Positions 15,508 to 31,859 of a stretch of DNA of 64,000 bases are shown here, in pieces; position 1 is the stretch's first letter; every line of letters starts with the position of its first letter. Below the pieces are notes generated by a model. It did no database searches. It was not told the origin of the DNA and saw only the letters and a list, made by a program, of their open reading frames with translations. Position numbers and translations under genes: made by a program. The stretch is from Octopus vulgaris (lineage: Eukaryota). Location: assembly GCA_951406725.2 (NCBI GenBank), contig OX597828.1, positions 20,584,001-20,648,000 of the forward strand, given 5' to 3'.

Positions 15508-16016
15508 ATGCATATATACATACATGCTAGGTATGTACATACATATCTCCATACATGCATATATACAAACCTACAAAGGTACATACATATATATGTATGC
15601 ATATGCATACATACACACATACGTACATACATATGTACATAGCTGCATACATACATATAAACATACATATAATCATACACGCACACATACAAGCACACAC
15701 GCATACATACATACATAGGTGCATACATACACATACACACATACACGCACACATAAATACATACATACGCATATACATACACACATACATAGACACATAC
15801 ATACATACATACATACATACATACATACATACATACATACATACATACACAGATACGTACGAATGCACATTCTTACCTGCGCAGAAACGCATACAAACAT
15901 CAATGCATCTATAGTTCTCATTTAAATGACAGCCAAGCTCACACACACACACACACACACGCACACACACACACACACACACGGACGCACACACACACGG
16001 ACGCACGCACACACGG

Positions 16017-16053
<37 letters not shown>

Positions 16054-16479
16054 CGGACGCACGTATAACAATCCTCCATCTTAACTACAGACACGATTCT
16101 ATACACACCTAATCAACGGCAACAATTTCTCTTCATCTTGTAATTAATATTGTCCAGCACAATGATTATAACTTATTGTCCGCCATTTTATATCTCAATT
16201 ACAACAAGAGATTTCTTTCCTTCTTTGTTTCTTCTTTGCCTTTCTTTTCATTTTTTCCCATTGTTATTTATAATCTTGTTCATTCGTATTTTCAAATCTC
16301 TTTGTTTGTTTGTTTTTCTCCGTTTCTTTCTTTCTTTTGGCTATTACGTCTAATTTCGGTGTTACGGCATCTTTCAATCTAGAAGTCTTGGAATGCACAC
16401 ACACTCATATATAAACATATGTGTATCTATGCGTGTGTATGTGTGTGTTTGAGTATGAATATGCTTGCGTGTTATATGT

Positions 16480-16535
<56 letters not shown>

Positions 16536-16680
16536 AATATATATATACATGTATGAATATATTTCTATATATCATATAAGGAGGGCAACAATTTCAAAAC
16601 TCCCACGTTCACCAAATGCCACATATCAGGATATGTTTCAAGTAGTGAAGGTGTTGGAACTAAAGTTAAAGAGTTACATG

Positions 16681-16751
<71 letters not shown>

Positions 16752-16794
16752 ATACAAATATATATATGTATTTGTATATGTATATATATATATA

Positions 16795-17030
16795 ACGGGA
16801 AGCGTTATGAAAATAGACAAAAGACAAAGGCAGGTTTACGGAAATAAACAAAAGACGAAGGCAGGTGGAATACAAACAAACAATTGTATTAGTATGGCGC
16901 TCAGGAAATATAAATAAAACAAGTCTTTAACGTTTCGAGCCTACGCTCTTCAACAGAAAGATACACAGAGAAAAAACACAGAAAGAAGGAGAGAAAAAAA
17001 TAGGTTATTAATTAAAGTGGCTGTTCGCAA
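16795..17030 (-). mobile_element. Short Penelope-like terminal-repeat cassette
   Basis: Homologous in inverted orientation to 56627-56825; abuts (TA)n; carries a hammerhead-like motif. Confidence 0.55.
16924..16961 (-). ncRNA. Hammerhead-like motif with variant core
   Basis: Minus strand UCUUU-CUGUUGA-A-GAGC GUAG GCUC-GAAAC GU-U-AAAGA: stem I 5 bp, stem II 4 bp, loopless palindromic stem III; the conserved A6 is U. Confidence 0.45.
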
Positions 17031-17756
17031 TCTGAAACCAAAAAATACAAGTCACAAGTGCAAACGTCATTGAAATTGACTAAAGGTGAAAGTAAGCACC
17101 AGCAATGCTAGGAAGGCAGGTCGTCAAAGAGAAAGATACTCTGACATAAAACTTGCAATCAACTATGGTGACTCAGAGAGGGGCAGAACGTTGTACAAAC
17201 CTGTATCACTTAAATCCTGTGATATAAAGTTGTTTGTATTATCATTTCATTTCTTGATCTGTTTTGATTTTTATAAAAAGTCTTATGGCGATGGATGTGA
17301 GGATGAGTCAAATCTACGGACAGCCAAGTATGTCTAACATTTGACAAGACAAGAAGCCTATCATTTGACAAGACAAGGTAACCATTACCAAGCATCCGTG
17401 ACTGTGCGTTCAAACTAAAATGAATACAGCGTGGAAGACATGTTAGACGGTCAAAAACGCTCAAAGGCACGGAGCGATAACTTTCACTGTATTCTTCTGA
17501 AGACATGTTTTTGCGCCCGAATTATAAAGTTCTTTTTTTCTTTCTTTCTTTTAAACTTTCTGCATTGTTAGAAGCTACCCTTATTTCTCATTTCGCACCC
17601 TTTTTCTACTTCTGTACTACAATGTTTCAAGCGAATTACACGCCCTTGAAACAATAAATGTTTGAGTGAAGTTGACAATTTTTGTGTGTTTTTTAATGGG
17701 GAATTGAGGACTTTCCACATTGTAATTGTTTATATACACTTACTCTTACTCTTACT

Positions 17757-18103
17757 TTAGTCGAGCAAATCGACCCCGGGACTTATTCTTTGTAAGCCCA
17801 GTACTTATTCTATCGGTCTCTTTTGCCGAACCGCTAAGTAACGGGGACGTAAACACACCAGCATCGGTTGTCAAGCAATGCTAGGGGGGACAAACACAGA
17901 CACACAAACACACACACACAAATACATATATATATATATACATATATACGACAGGCTTCTTTCAGTTTCCGTCTACCAAATCCACTCACAAGGCATTGGT
18001 CAGCCCGGGGCTATAGCAGAAGACACTCGCCCAAGATGCCACGCAGTGGGACTGAACCCGGAACCATGTGGTTGGTAAGCAAGCTACTTACCACACAGCC
18101 ACT
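17757..18103 (-). mobile_element. SINE family B
   Basis: Near-identical to 53857-54263 in reverse. Confidence 0.85.
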
Positions 18104-18598
18104 CCTATCATATTATATACTAACTGGCCCCGTCTCGTGAAAAAATGACGACTACTTGTGATATTTTATATATAAATAAGGTACAAAATAAGGTAAATAA
18201 TAATCACGGATACAAACATTCACATACTTCCCTTGTACACGCACACATATACACACATATACTTAGACAGAGTTGAAACGCTGGTTTTTAATTTTTCTCC
18301 CCTTCCTTCGTTATTCATCTATCACCCCTTCCTTTCTCATTCATATGTTGTGATGGAGAAAACAGATGATACACGACGTGATCTTTGCTACATCCTCTCT
18401 CTCATTACTATTACCTTCTCTCACACCATCTCAGTCACGGCTATTACTCTCACTACTTCTCCTTCACTGAATTACTATTTCCTTTTCTCCCTCCACTTAT
18501 ACTACTCTGCATGATTTTGGACAAATATATATATATATATACATATATATAAAGACACTACGCTCATTATTATATTAGGAGATAAATGTGTGTATATA

Positions 18599-18650
<52 letters not shown>

Positions 18651-18891
18651 TGAAACTCTATTCTCTCCAATGCCGTATTGAGCACTATGTTATTTGTACA
18701 ATTTCGAAAATATTCCACTGATATTAATAAAACGATGTCAACAGCGAGTTTACGAATCACCCAAATCTGTAGGCGCCCATGTCATACAAAACCCGAATTC
18801 CTATCATTGCGACAGGGCTGGAGTTTTTTAAACTCAAATGGTCCTGTTTTATTCAATATTAATCGAAAGAAACGAAATTCACAGTATTCAA

Positions 18892-19285
18892 GGTGGCGAG
18901 CTGGAAGAAACGTTAGCACGCTGGGCGAAATGCTTAGCGGTATTTCGTCTGCCGCTACGTTCTGAGTTCCGCCGAGGTCGACTTTGTTTTTCATCCTTTC
19001 GGGGTTGATTAAATAAGTGCCAGTTACGCTCTGGGGTCGATGTAATCGACTTAATCCGTTTGTCTGTCCTTGTTTGTCCTCCCTGTGTTTAGCCCCTTGT
19101 GGGTAGTAAAGAAATAGGTATTTCGTCTGTCTTTACATTCTGAATTCAAATTCCACCGAGGTCGACTTTGCCTTTCATCCTTTCTTGGTCGATAAATTAA
19201 GTACGAGTTGCATACTGGCCTCGATCTAATCGACTGACCCCGTTCCTAAAAATGTTGGGCCTTGTGCCTGGAGTAGAAAAGAATA
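18892..19285 (+). mobile_element. SINE family A, dimeric form
   Basis: GGCGAGCTGG head followed by two body repeats. Confidence 0.85.
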
Positions 19286-19489
19286 TTAAAACGGTACTTC
19301 GACAAATTCGTCCATGAAGTACCAGATAAACCATCACCATCAGAATAAGTCTCAGCCAACAACTCTTTGTTGGAGTGGTCCATTGTGTCTTGAAATATTA
19401 TTTAAAAAAGATCGCTTCAGATGCTGCTATGAAGTTATACATGGCCTGGGCTGATAATGGCCCAAACGAATCTAAGTATTCTAGGTGAC

Positions 19490-19548
<59 letters not shown>

Positions 19549-19764
19549 TTTATCGTTTACTTGTGTTGGTGATTTGTCTGCGGCCATGCTAGGGCACCGC
19601 CTTGAAGGGATCCTAGGACATCACTTTTGAAGTCTAGTACTTTTTGCCGAAGCGCCAGATTATGGAGAGGTAAACACACCAACACACTTCAACAACCATT
19701 GTCAAGCGGTGGGGTGGGGTTCAAACACAGACTCAGACGCGCGCACACACACACACATACACAC

Positions 19765-20727
19765 TTCGGTTTCGAAGAGGAGAACTCTGAAAGGTCAGTT
19801 TCGACTTCCTCAGTTGTTCCGAGAGTTAGTCCATCCAAATGATTCTGTAAACTATGGAACAAAGGATAATCTGAAGGAACACGGTCTGGGGAATAAGGCA
19901 GATGAGCTATTTTCTCCCAGCCTGCTTCATCGGTCTCTTGTGATGTGATCTTTGCAGTGTGTGGGGGGGGGTCTTGCATTGTTCTGATGAAACACTCCCT
20001 TTCGATTCAATAAGGCAGTGCTTTTTTTCTTCAAAGTAGCGTTTGTAGCCGCTCTAAGTTGATGCTTCTTTTGCAATCCCACTTGAGAGAAGAACCTTCT
20101 TCGCATGGAGTTCCCTTTTCGGTTGTGGTTCGGTCTTTTCTCCTTCACTAAGCCAATGTCTACGATCTTAAAATTTTCATAAAAGACTCATTTTCTATCA
20201 CCGGTCACCAATCTGTCCAAAAAGGCGAGATGAATTCACGAGAACGAAGAGAAGAGGAGATGTCCACTTTGGATTTGCGGTTGGCTTAAGACAAATCATG
20301 AGCCATCCATTTTCCAGATTTGGGGACCTTTACTAGCAGTTGAAGATGGCGGGGAACAGTTGTATGGCTTGAACAAAGCTTGATGGTCAATTCTTCAACT
20401 GGAACTGCATAATCTTTTTTCAAATTCCGCCAAAAGAATCTTGTCATTAAACTCAACTTGACATATTGTTCGTGCCTCATCCTCAAGGCTGAAATCTCCA
20501 CTTCTGAATTTTACAAACCATCTTCTGCAAATTCTTTCATTCAGTCACTCTTCTCCATAAGCTGCACAGTTCTCTTTTTTAAACGCATAATGCAAAAATT
20601 AATTAGTTTAAATATGTCCAAATATATATAACTATTACTCGATGCCATTAGACATTCTAAAATACTGTTAAAGCGTTTGAAATTGACCATATAGGAACCC
20701 GAACATTATTTATGGAATGACCTGATA
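19765..20727 (-). mobile_element. Degenerate mariner transposon, 3'-truncated
   Basis: Minus-strand frames give GKWMAHDLS (WVPHEL-like) and HLPYSPDRVPSDYPLFHSLQNHL (YSPDLAPSDY motif); TIR-like TATCAGGTCATTCCATAAATAATG at ~20704-20727. Confidence 0.85.
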
Positions 20728-21516
20728 CGTGAAAATTTGCTTCGCTATATTTATTGCATTTTCGTTTAATAATGCGTGCCTTTTTAATAATTCATCACTG
20801 AAATGTTATGGATATATTTCATGCTGCTTAGACACCAATTTATTATCTGAAAATAATCAATTCTTAGATATTAATATAAAACATATGAGACATTACTCAG
20901 ATGCGGTTAAACACTTGGAGATTAGTTCCTGCTATTTAGAGTAAATATATTTTAGATAGTTTATTATAAAGAATCGGGAAAGAGAGGAAGAGAGAGAGAG
21001 AGAGAGAAAGAGAGAGAAAAAGAGAGAAAGAGAGATAAAAGAGAGAAAGAGAGAATGTAAGAGATACACTTTAAAATCTGGAAATAACGTTGATAAACTT
21101 CTATGAGTCTCTCACTATAAACTTACAACTGTAATTACAGATAATTATATACATACACACACACACTCATATACATTCACACTTATATATGTATTTATGT
21201 ATATGTATATATTCACATACTCATATACACACATACATGCGCGTGTGAGTGTACATACGTTTGCATATATACTCACTTATGCATAAATGGACATGTGCAT
21301 AAAACTATATATATATATATATATGTACATATATATATATATATACATATACATACATACATACATACACATGCTACACATACATGCATACCTGCATACA
21401 TACATGCATACATATATACACATACATACATACATGCATACATATATACACACACATACATATACACAAACATACATGCATGCATACATACATACATACA
21501 TACATACATACATACA

Positions 21517-21547
<31 letters not shown>

Positions 21548-21987
21548 CTAGTGATTCATTCTTGTTGCTCCATTCAGGTTTAAGGTTTGCAATCTCAGAG
21601 AACGATTCTATCGCTAATGTAAGCATTATTTCAGAGATATAATTCCTACGCTAATCGTTTAATTAGATTATTCGTTTTATGTAACGCCTGTTGGTAAAAA
21701 TATAAGTACTTCGCTTTTCATTATAGTTGTACTGACGTGCCAAGTTTACTGTATCTTTCGATAATACTACGAACTGTCTTACCTATATATGCCTCAGGGA
21801 TGTTAGCACGTTCCTTCAAGGCATCATATACGGTATACAATATAATACATAATTTCTAATTTAACAGTTGATATGTAATTTTATGCTACATATTTGGTAA
21901 CTATTTCCACGAGTCTCTTTGTTCAAAAGGATAAGGCTAGATGCACCGCAGATTCACCTAAATTTACTAGCTATGTAAATGTGCGGT

Positions 21988-22395
21988 TATGGCTGCATGG
22001 TTTAGACGTTTACTTTGCGACTACATAGTTTCGGGTTGTGTCCCACTTACCGGAACCTTGAGCAACTGCCTTCTACTATAGCTGCAGGCTGTCCAATGCA
22101 CTCTGAGTTAATTTGGTAGATGGAAACTGTGTGAAAGCTCTCTGTTTATATGTGCACGCGTATGTATATGTGTCTGGGCGTGTGTCTTTATGTCTGTGTT
22201 TATTTCTCTCACATTGCTTGACAACCGATGTTAGTTTGTTAATATCTCTGTAATTTAGCGACTTAGTACCCAGACTTCAAAAATAAATACTGGGGTTATA
22301 CTGGGGTTGATTTGTTTCGACAGAACCTTTCAAAACGGTTCCCTAGCATGGTCGCAGTTCAATGACTCAAACACATAAATTATAAAGATAAAGGA
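21988..22395 (+). mobile_element. Diverged SINE family B
   Basis: TTTGGTAGATGGAAACTG and GCATGGTCGCAGTTCAATGACT segments. Confidence 0.65.
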
Positions 22396-23148
22396 TAACT
22401 TACTATTAGATATTTCATATCTGCAAATGACCGACGTCCTGTCCAAGGGTGAAATCTATGCGCTACAGAATCGGAAAACCGGCTCCTTATGAGGCTATGA
22501 CTCGGAAAGGAGCATTGCTCATTTTTCGTTCGTTTTTTTTTCTTTTTTGAGAAGTTGCATCTTTAAACATTAAACTCCTTACCAATTCATTATTAGGTAT
22601 AACCTTTATAATCACTACTCTCAAATCTATTAACGTGCCGTGAACTGATTTCGGTTATCATATTGCTACTCTTAACGGCCCTCTTCCAAAATTTGTTACG
22701 CCATAAATGGCATGTCCAATTTGTGTCATTTTAAAAGATGTTAACAGACCGTTTACTTGCTCCGTTCACACCATGTGCCTACTTTCTTACGTGTAACAAA
22801 ATGATTGCATTCAGAAAATAAGACACTGAATGTGTCTTTGCAGCCCTTTCACATCCGCATATTCGTACTGCATTTGCCATCAAGATGTTAATCTTCCGAC
22901 ATAGTGGTCATTCTTGATCACTAAAGCGTTCGCTGTGGGTTTTCTAAAATGCGTGTGCAACATGTATGATTTGGATGTTGCATTTTATATACATTGCTTG
23001 GTGCCTAGAACAGGTAACTACATATTCGGGTACCTAGAAAGACGGCTAAAAGGAACTCATACTAAAGCCAATACTTTCGAACCCTTTACAGGCTCTACTT
23101 CTCCGAAGTGGGAGCTCAGAGCTTCGGTACACCGGACATGCGATGAGA

Positions 23149-23405
23149 GTGAAGGTGGGTGGCTTCGTGGTTAGGGTATTCAGCTCACGATTGCAAGGTT
23201 GTGAGTTCGAAAACCGGCGGCGTGTTGTGTCCTTGAGCAAGACACTTTATTTCACGTTGCTCCAGTCCACTCAAATGGCAAAAGTGAGTGGTACCTGTAA
23301 TTCAAGAGGCCAGTGTTATCAGTTTCTGTCACGCTGAATCTCCCTGAGAACTACGTTAAGGGTATGCGTGTCTGTGGAGTACTCAGCCACTTATACGGTA
23401 ATTTC
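23149..23405 (+). mobile_element. SINE family C
   Basis: GTGTCCTTGAGCAAGACACTTTATTTCACGTTGCTCCAGTCCACTCA. Confidence 0.8.
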
Positions 23406-23419
23406 AGTCCAACGTAACC

Positions 23420-24400
23420 GGTGCTGGTGCACCATCGCCTCAATACCCAAGATATCAGCTTTCCTCAGGACCTGTATGTCTGGATTGAATTTTTAAGGTC
23501 CAACCAACATTCAGAATGTGTCTCAGACATTTCTGATGAAAGCGTTCAAAGACCCTTACATGATGTCTCATATGAGTCACGGAGCGATGTCAGTACACAT
23601 GCACAGTGCACAGCAATTTTTGTTTCCCTTTTGATGCTATGCTGGGACCAGACACGAGACTGAAGAGAACAGACTGAAACAGTTCATCTCTGCAGCCTGA
23701 AATATATTTCATCGTCCAGAGAGTAAGAACGGCTGCGTGTGCTGCCCAGGTAAGCAAACTTGTCTATCAGTTTCAGTATTATTCCTTCAACCAAGATAGT
23801 TGGTTCCACATATGAATTTCCTGGTGCAGGCTAGAACATTACAACAGTCTTGTCCAGGCTAATGCTGAGTCCAAATGCCTTGCAAGAAACAGAAATATGA
23901 TTCATAAGTATTTGCATGTCATCCACTGTATGAGTGACTAAGTCATAGTCATCTGCATAAAGAAGGTCAGGAATAAGAGACTGGAAAACGTTTGATTTGG
24001 CAGAAAATTGGCGCAGATTAAAGAGACGGCCAGAAGAGCAATACGTAACATATATTCCCAGAGAGATAAATTTAGCAAAAGAATGAGTAAAAGCAGCAGC
24101 AAAGTACGAAGGAAAGAGAGTTGGAGTAAGGATGCCACCCTGCTTGACACCATTCTCTACAGGAATGGCTACCGCTATACCTCCACCAACATTGACCCAA
24201 GCCTCCATCCCATCATGAAATGATTTAATCATAGATAGAGTGATCCAGACATCCAAGTTGGTCAACTATTTTCCATAGCAAGGCCCTATTCACAGTTTCA
24301 AAGGCCTTGGTTAAATCAATGAACACCTCGACAAGATCCATATTTTACTCATAACACTTCTGCATGTCTTGCTGTGAAAATCTTATCCATTGTCCATCTA
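23420..24400 (-). pseudogene. RTE-clade LINE reverse transcriptase fragment
   Basis: ORF 23831..24265 has GVKQGGILTPTLF, DLLYADD and FGLSISLDKT RT motifs; upstream VFIDLTKAFETVN; frameshifted. Confidence 0.9.
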
Positions 24401-24419
24401 CCATTAAATATACATAGCT

Positions 24420-25890
<1,471 letters not shown>

Positions 25891-25961
25891 ATATATATAT
25901 ATATATGTATGTATGATTGTATGTATATAAATATATATATATCATATGTGTAAGTATATAA

Positions 25962-25993
<32 letters not shown>

Positions 25994-26242
25994 GTACGTA
26001 TATATGTATGTATGCATTTACGTATATGTATATTATTTTGGTTGAGTTACTCTCTCGCTGCTCAGACATTCACCTGTAGATACATAAATCTTCAGCCAAG
26101 CTGCGACAGGTTTTACCTGAATATCTTGTACACCTACAGGTGAAACTTATGCTAGCAAGAGGATGTCTCGAATAAAATGAAATATCATTCATCTCTATCA
26201 CGGTAACGAGTACTACGTATTCTAAAGGTTAAAACCTAACAA

Positions 26243-26327
<85 letters not shown>

Positions 26328-26379
26328 TACACGCACGCACACACAAATATATATATATATATACACACATATATATTCA

Positions 26380-26469
<90 letters not shown>

Positions 26470-26473
26470 TTAT

Positions 26474-27105
26474 AATTTGAGGGAATATTATTCCAAACTT
26501 ACAGGGAAAAATTCAATTTAGACATACTAAATCAAATTTCACAAAATATAATATATATATAAATTAGAAAATAACCACCTTTTATCAATTCAAAATGAAA
26601 AATTAAATTACACCCTCTAGAAAATTACATATAATAGAAATATTAAATATAGGGAAAAAAAATATATCGATGATTATGTAATGTGCAAAATAATAAATAA
26701 AACGTATATATTGGTATATATATTGGTATATATTGGTATATATTGGTATATATTTTTATCTTATATTTAATATTTCTATTATATTATACTATATTATATT
26801 ATGCGGAGAAAATCCCTGGAGAAGGACATCATGCTCGGAATGGTCAGTGGCAAGAGAGGAAGAGGCCGACCAAAAACCCGCTGGATCGACACCATCAAGA
26901 GTGAGACCGGAATTGACATAGCCAATCTGAAAGAAGCGGCCCAGGATAGAACTGACTGGAGGACACTGATTCAACGAGTAACCGAGAGTCGACTTCTACT
27001 GAGCGGATAGATAGATAGATTATATGTAATTTTCTATTATATGTAATTTAATTTTTCATTTTGAATTGATAAAAGGTGCTTTTTTTAAATTTATATATAT
27101 ATATA
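26474..27105 (-). mobile_element. Relative of the 24574 cassette (shared terminus, inverted ends) interrupted by an RTE insertion
   Basis: GGGAATA..TCCAAACTTACAGG.AAAAATT shared with ~24578; TTTTATCAATTCAAAATGAAAAATTAAATTA (~26580-26610) is inverted at ~27045-27075. Confidence 0.6.
26801..27020 (+). mobile_element. RTE-BovB-like LINE extreme 3' end
   Basis: ORF 26801..27010 SLEKDIMLGMVSGKRGRGRPKTRWIDTI...DRTDWRTLIQRVTESR resembles the BovB/RTE ORF2 C-terminus; short (GATA)n tail. Confidence 0.85.
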
Positions 27106-27989
27106 TATATAAATTAGAAAAAAACATGTATGTATGTTTTGTATGTATGTATGTTTTGTATGTATGTATGTTTTGTATGTATGTATATGTAGAAGATATT
27201 TTATTTCACACGGGTAGAAATATAGGAAAAATAGAAGTTGAAAATGTACTGAGAATAGTTAAAATAATTTTAATCAAACTATTTGAAGCTTTAACCGGTT
27301 TCACACTTTACACTGATTTTCAAAAAGTTCAAATAGAAAGATGTGGCTTATGCCGCAGCTGTCTTGCTTCTGACTATTGTTTGAAGTTTTCCCTGTTTTT
27401 ATAGGGAGTTTATGGCTCCCATTTGCATATATTTTGAATATGATTTGATTGGTAGAGGATAGTCACATGACTGGTATTAGAAATTTTTGTAGGTTCCTCG
27501 CTACGTCCATGCGTTAGTATCAAGTGACAATGTTTGACCTGCTAGCCATTCTGCCAGCTCACCACCTTAAAATACAGGTATATCAAATACTCTACAACAA
27601 GGATTCTTGATTTATTAAAACAATTTCTGCTTCTAGATGTATCATAATTATTGAACGGTAATTATGATTTGTGAAGGGGAGATAATCTTCCTATTCTAGA
27701 ATTCTCCAAACTTGACGTGTCGTTAAGGAGAGGGACAAGTTTCTTGTCTTGAGATAAGAGGAGAGTCGCAAACATGTGTCTCTGGTTCAATACCCTTCAT
27801 CAGTACGATAATTGTCCGATCTAGACTCCAGTAGCCAAAGCCTTTGTTAGGCCTGGGGCTATAGTGGATGATGCTAGTTCGAGGTGCCGAACACACACAT
27901 GTGTGTATGTTTATATACGCTCATGGTGATGCAAACAGGAAAAATAGAACTCAAAATATGAGTGTATATGCGTGTAAAATATGAATGTG

Positions 27990-28265
27990 CAAGGCTCGGT
28001 GGTTAGAGCGACGGGTTCACAATCCCGAGGTAGTAAGTTCGATTCAGGGACCGGGACCGGGATGGGAATTGTGTTCTTGAGCAAGACACTTTATTTCACG
28101 TTGCTCCAGTTCACTCAGCTGTAGAAATGAGTTGCAACGTCACTTGTACCAAACTGTATTCGCCTTTGCATTTCCCTTAGATAGCATTGATGGCACGGAA
28201 AGGTGAGGCTGGTATGCAAAGTTGACTGCTGGTCTATCATTCATGACCGAAGGGGGTCGTTACCG
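27990..28265 (+). mobile_element. SINE family C variant
   Basis: Paralog of 6889-7190. Confidence 0.7.
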
Positions 28266-28376
28266 TTTTATATATTTCTATTAATATTTATCGTGTTAGT
28301 TTCATACGTGACAATGTACAAAACTCTCAGCCCTAGAGTCACTTAGCTCCGTTGTTTCTGCTACATATTAAAATAC

Positions 28377-28423
<47 letters not shown>

Positions 28424-28529
28424 GTATAAGTATAAATACTTATATATATTTATATTTATATTTATACACATACATATAAGCATATATGCGTATGTATACA
28501 TACGTGTGTGCGCGCGTGCGCGCATTTAT

Positions 28530-28597
28530 AGTAGAAGTAGTGGCGGCAGCAGCAGCAGCAGAAGCAGAAGCAGCAGTAGCAGCAACACCAATAATAA

Positions 28598-28663
<66 letters not shown>

Positions 28664-28721
28664 CAACAGAGGCGGGTGAAGCAGCAGCAGAAGCAGCAGC
28701 AGCAACAGCAGTAGCAACAGT

Positions 28722-28756
<35 letters not shown>

Positions 28757-28761
28757 TAGTG

Positions 28762-28795
<34 letters not shown>
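28530..28795. repeat. (CAG)n/(TAG)n triplet tract
   Basis: Directly visible. Confidence 0.95.
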
Positions 28796-29063
28796 ACCGC
28801 TGGAAACCCAAACAAAGCCAAACAGATTTCAATGCTTACTGGTGAATAATTCCTCTCATCTGAATTTAAATATATTCTGTAGAAATGAAGAAATGCCTTC
28901 TAGATATTATATGACTTCCTAAACTCTGTTGGTTTGGTGATAGGTTGGGATGTTGGCTAGACGGCCACGTACAACATCACACGCATTAAGCAAGTGAGCA
29001 AGTATGCATAAAAGCGTATAAACAAATACACGCAATATTTGCACACACACACACACATTTCAC

Positions 29064-29127
<64 letters not shown>

Positions 29128-29181
29128 AAATACCTGTTTAACTGACTTTAGCGAAAATACACATACATATATATAGACAAA

Positions 29182-29685
<504 letters not shown>

Positions 29686-29969
29686 AATTGATAGGTGAGC
29701 GTTTCGCTCAATCGGATGCGCAAGTAGCCGTGTTAGTGTTGATTGAGGGGTTCGATTCTGGCTGGGGTTACCCAATCATTTTTCAGTCATCTGTTTGTAT
29801 TTTAAAATTGTCGCTTCAAATCGAAGTTCGATTGAAGAGTGTCAATGTTTATTACTGGGCGCCGGCCTGCGATTGGTGGACAAAGGTCACGCCGTATTGA
29901 TGTTGGTATTTCAACTGTAACTTGCAATAAATGTGTTGAGTGCCCTTCTTTCGTTTGTCTACTCATTCG

Positions 29970-30006
<37 letters not shown>

Positions 30007-30184
30007 AAGAGAGAAGGAGAGAGATAGATATAGATGTATAGATACATACACACATATACATATATACTTGTATGTATATATATATACCTGTATCTACATA
30101 TTTATATATATATATGTGTGTACGTATATATATATATACATATATATGTGTATGTATATATATATATATATATGTATATGGACC

Positions 30185-30465
30185 ATGGCGTAGCTTGTTG
30201 AGGTCATTCGGTGCGTTGTGTCCTTAAGCAGGACATTTATTTCACGTTGGTCCCGTCAACTCAGATGGCAAAAATGAGTAGTACTTCTAATTCAGAGAGT
30301 AAGCGGTGTCACATTCTGTATTCTGTGTCACACTGAAACTCCCTGAGAAATACGTTAAGAGTACACGCCCTAGTGCAGAGCTCAGCCTCTTGCATGCTTA
30401 TTTCAGGAGCAGGCTGTTCCGTTGGTACGATCAACAGGAAATTTGTCTTCGTAACTGACAAATGG
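30185..30465 (+). mobile_element. Diverged SINE family C
   Basis: GTTGTGTCCTTAAGCAGGACATTTATTTCACGTTG. Confidence 0.65.
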
Positions 30466-30574
30466 CCAGGACTTATATACATACATACATACATACATAC
30501 ATACATACATACATACATACACATACACACATATATATATATATTTATATATATATATATATTTTTTATATTAA

Positions 30575-30626
<52 letters not shown>

Positions 30627-31617
30627 CATATGTATGTACGTATCTATATATGTATAAGATTGTTATGGGCGGTCAGAAAGTCACTATACGTTTCGCACCT
30701 ACAAAGCGCGTAGCTGTATAGACATTTCGTCAGACTTAGTTCGCTGGAAGAGCATAACCTCTCGACAATCATAGGGTAGGAGAATACATCCATGGGCAGT
30801 TAATTTTGTAAACAGATTCCGGAGCGAAACACTACTAGCAAAACCTTGTGCGAGATGGAGTTATCCCCCGAAGATGGTTGAACATGGCCACATTTCCCTC
30901 GTCGACAAACAGGGAATTTCATGTTTCTAACACGAATTTCCTCTGATGAAAGCACTGACAAAAATCTCTAATTTGGAGTTTAATAAGGTACTCCAGTCAA
31001 GTGAATATTTCAGGATTCTTGCTATTTCTGCCAAACGTTTGCTCCCTTTAAGGCGCGGTCCCCAAAATTATCAAAGGTTTTTCCTGAGCCATAGGCTCAT
31101 AAGGCTGGTTTCCAAGATTCTGTACCATACACATTACCCCACCTGAATGGGACACCGGTTCATCGCAGGATTATCATTTTCGCCAGCAACAAGAGTGTTT
31201 TGATAAAGAACACAACACATCACTCGGTCAAGGAAATGAAATCACGATCACACAATCATCAGTGCAACACCCAACACTCCACACTTACACGCACGTACAC
31301 ACACATACACATACACATACACATGAACATATATATTATTAATATAAACATACATACATACATATATACAGGCATGCATGCATACATTTACACCTACGCA
31401 GAGAAGCAGACGTACAACTGGACAGTTCATTTTTTCCTCTGCTAATGTATATAAGGGATTATCGCTGCCAAATTATATTCCTGCCATTCTAAATCCAATA
31501 ATACCATTTTTATCAGCCATCCAATCACGGAGAAATCCCTTGTCCTTTTAATAATACTGTAGACTCTCATATCAGTGTTTGTGTTAGAATTTATGTGTGT
31601 GTGTGAGTGTCAGAGAC

Positions 31618-31738
<121 letters not shown>

Positions 31739-31859
31739 TATGTGTATATATGTGTATATATATGTATGTATATGCATATGTCTACTTATATGTGTGTATA
31801 TATATTCTGTAATTCTTTTATTTTATTCCTTAAAATTGTTCCAGCTTCAATTCTGAGGT

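Noticed and set aside
27285-27330. GAAACCGGT palindromic stem III on the minus strand (also near 37285)
   Set aside because: Upstream CUGANGA absent or degenerate; probably decayed relatives, not callable
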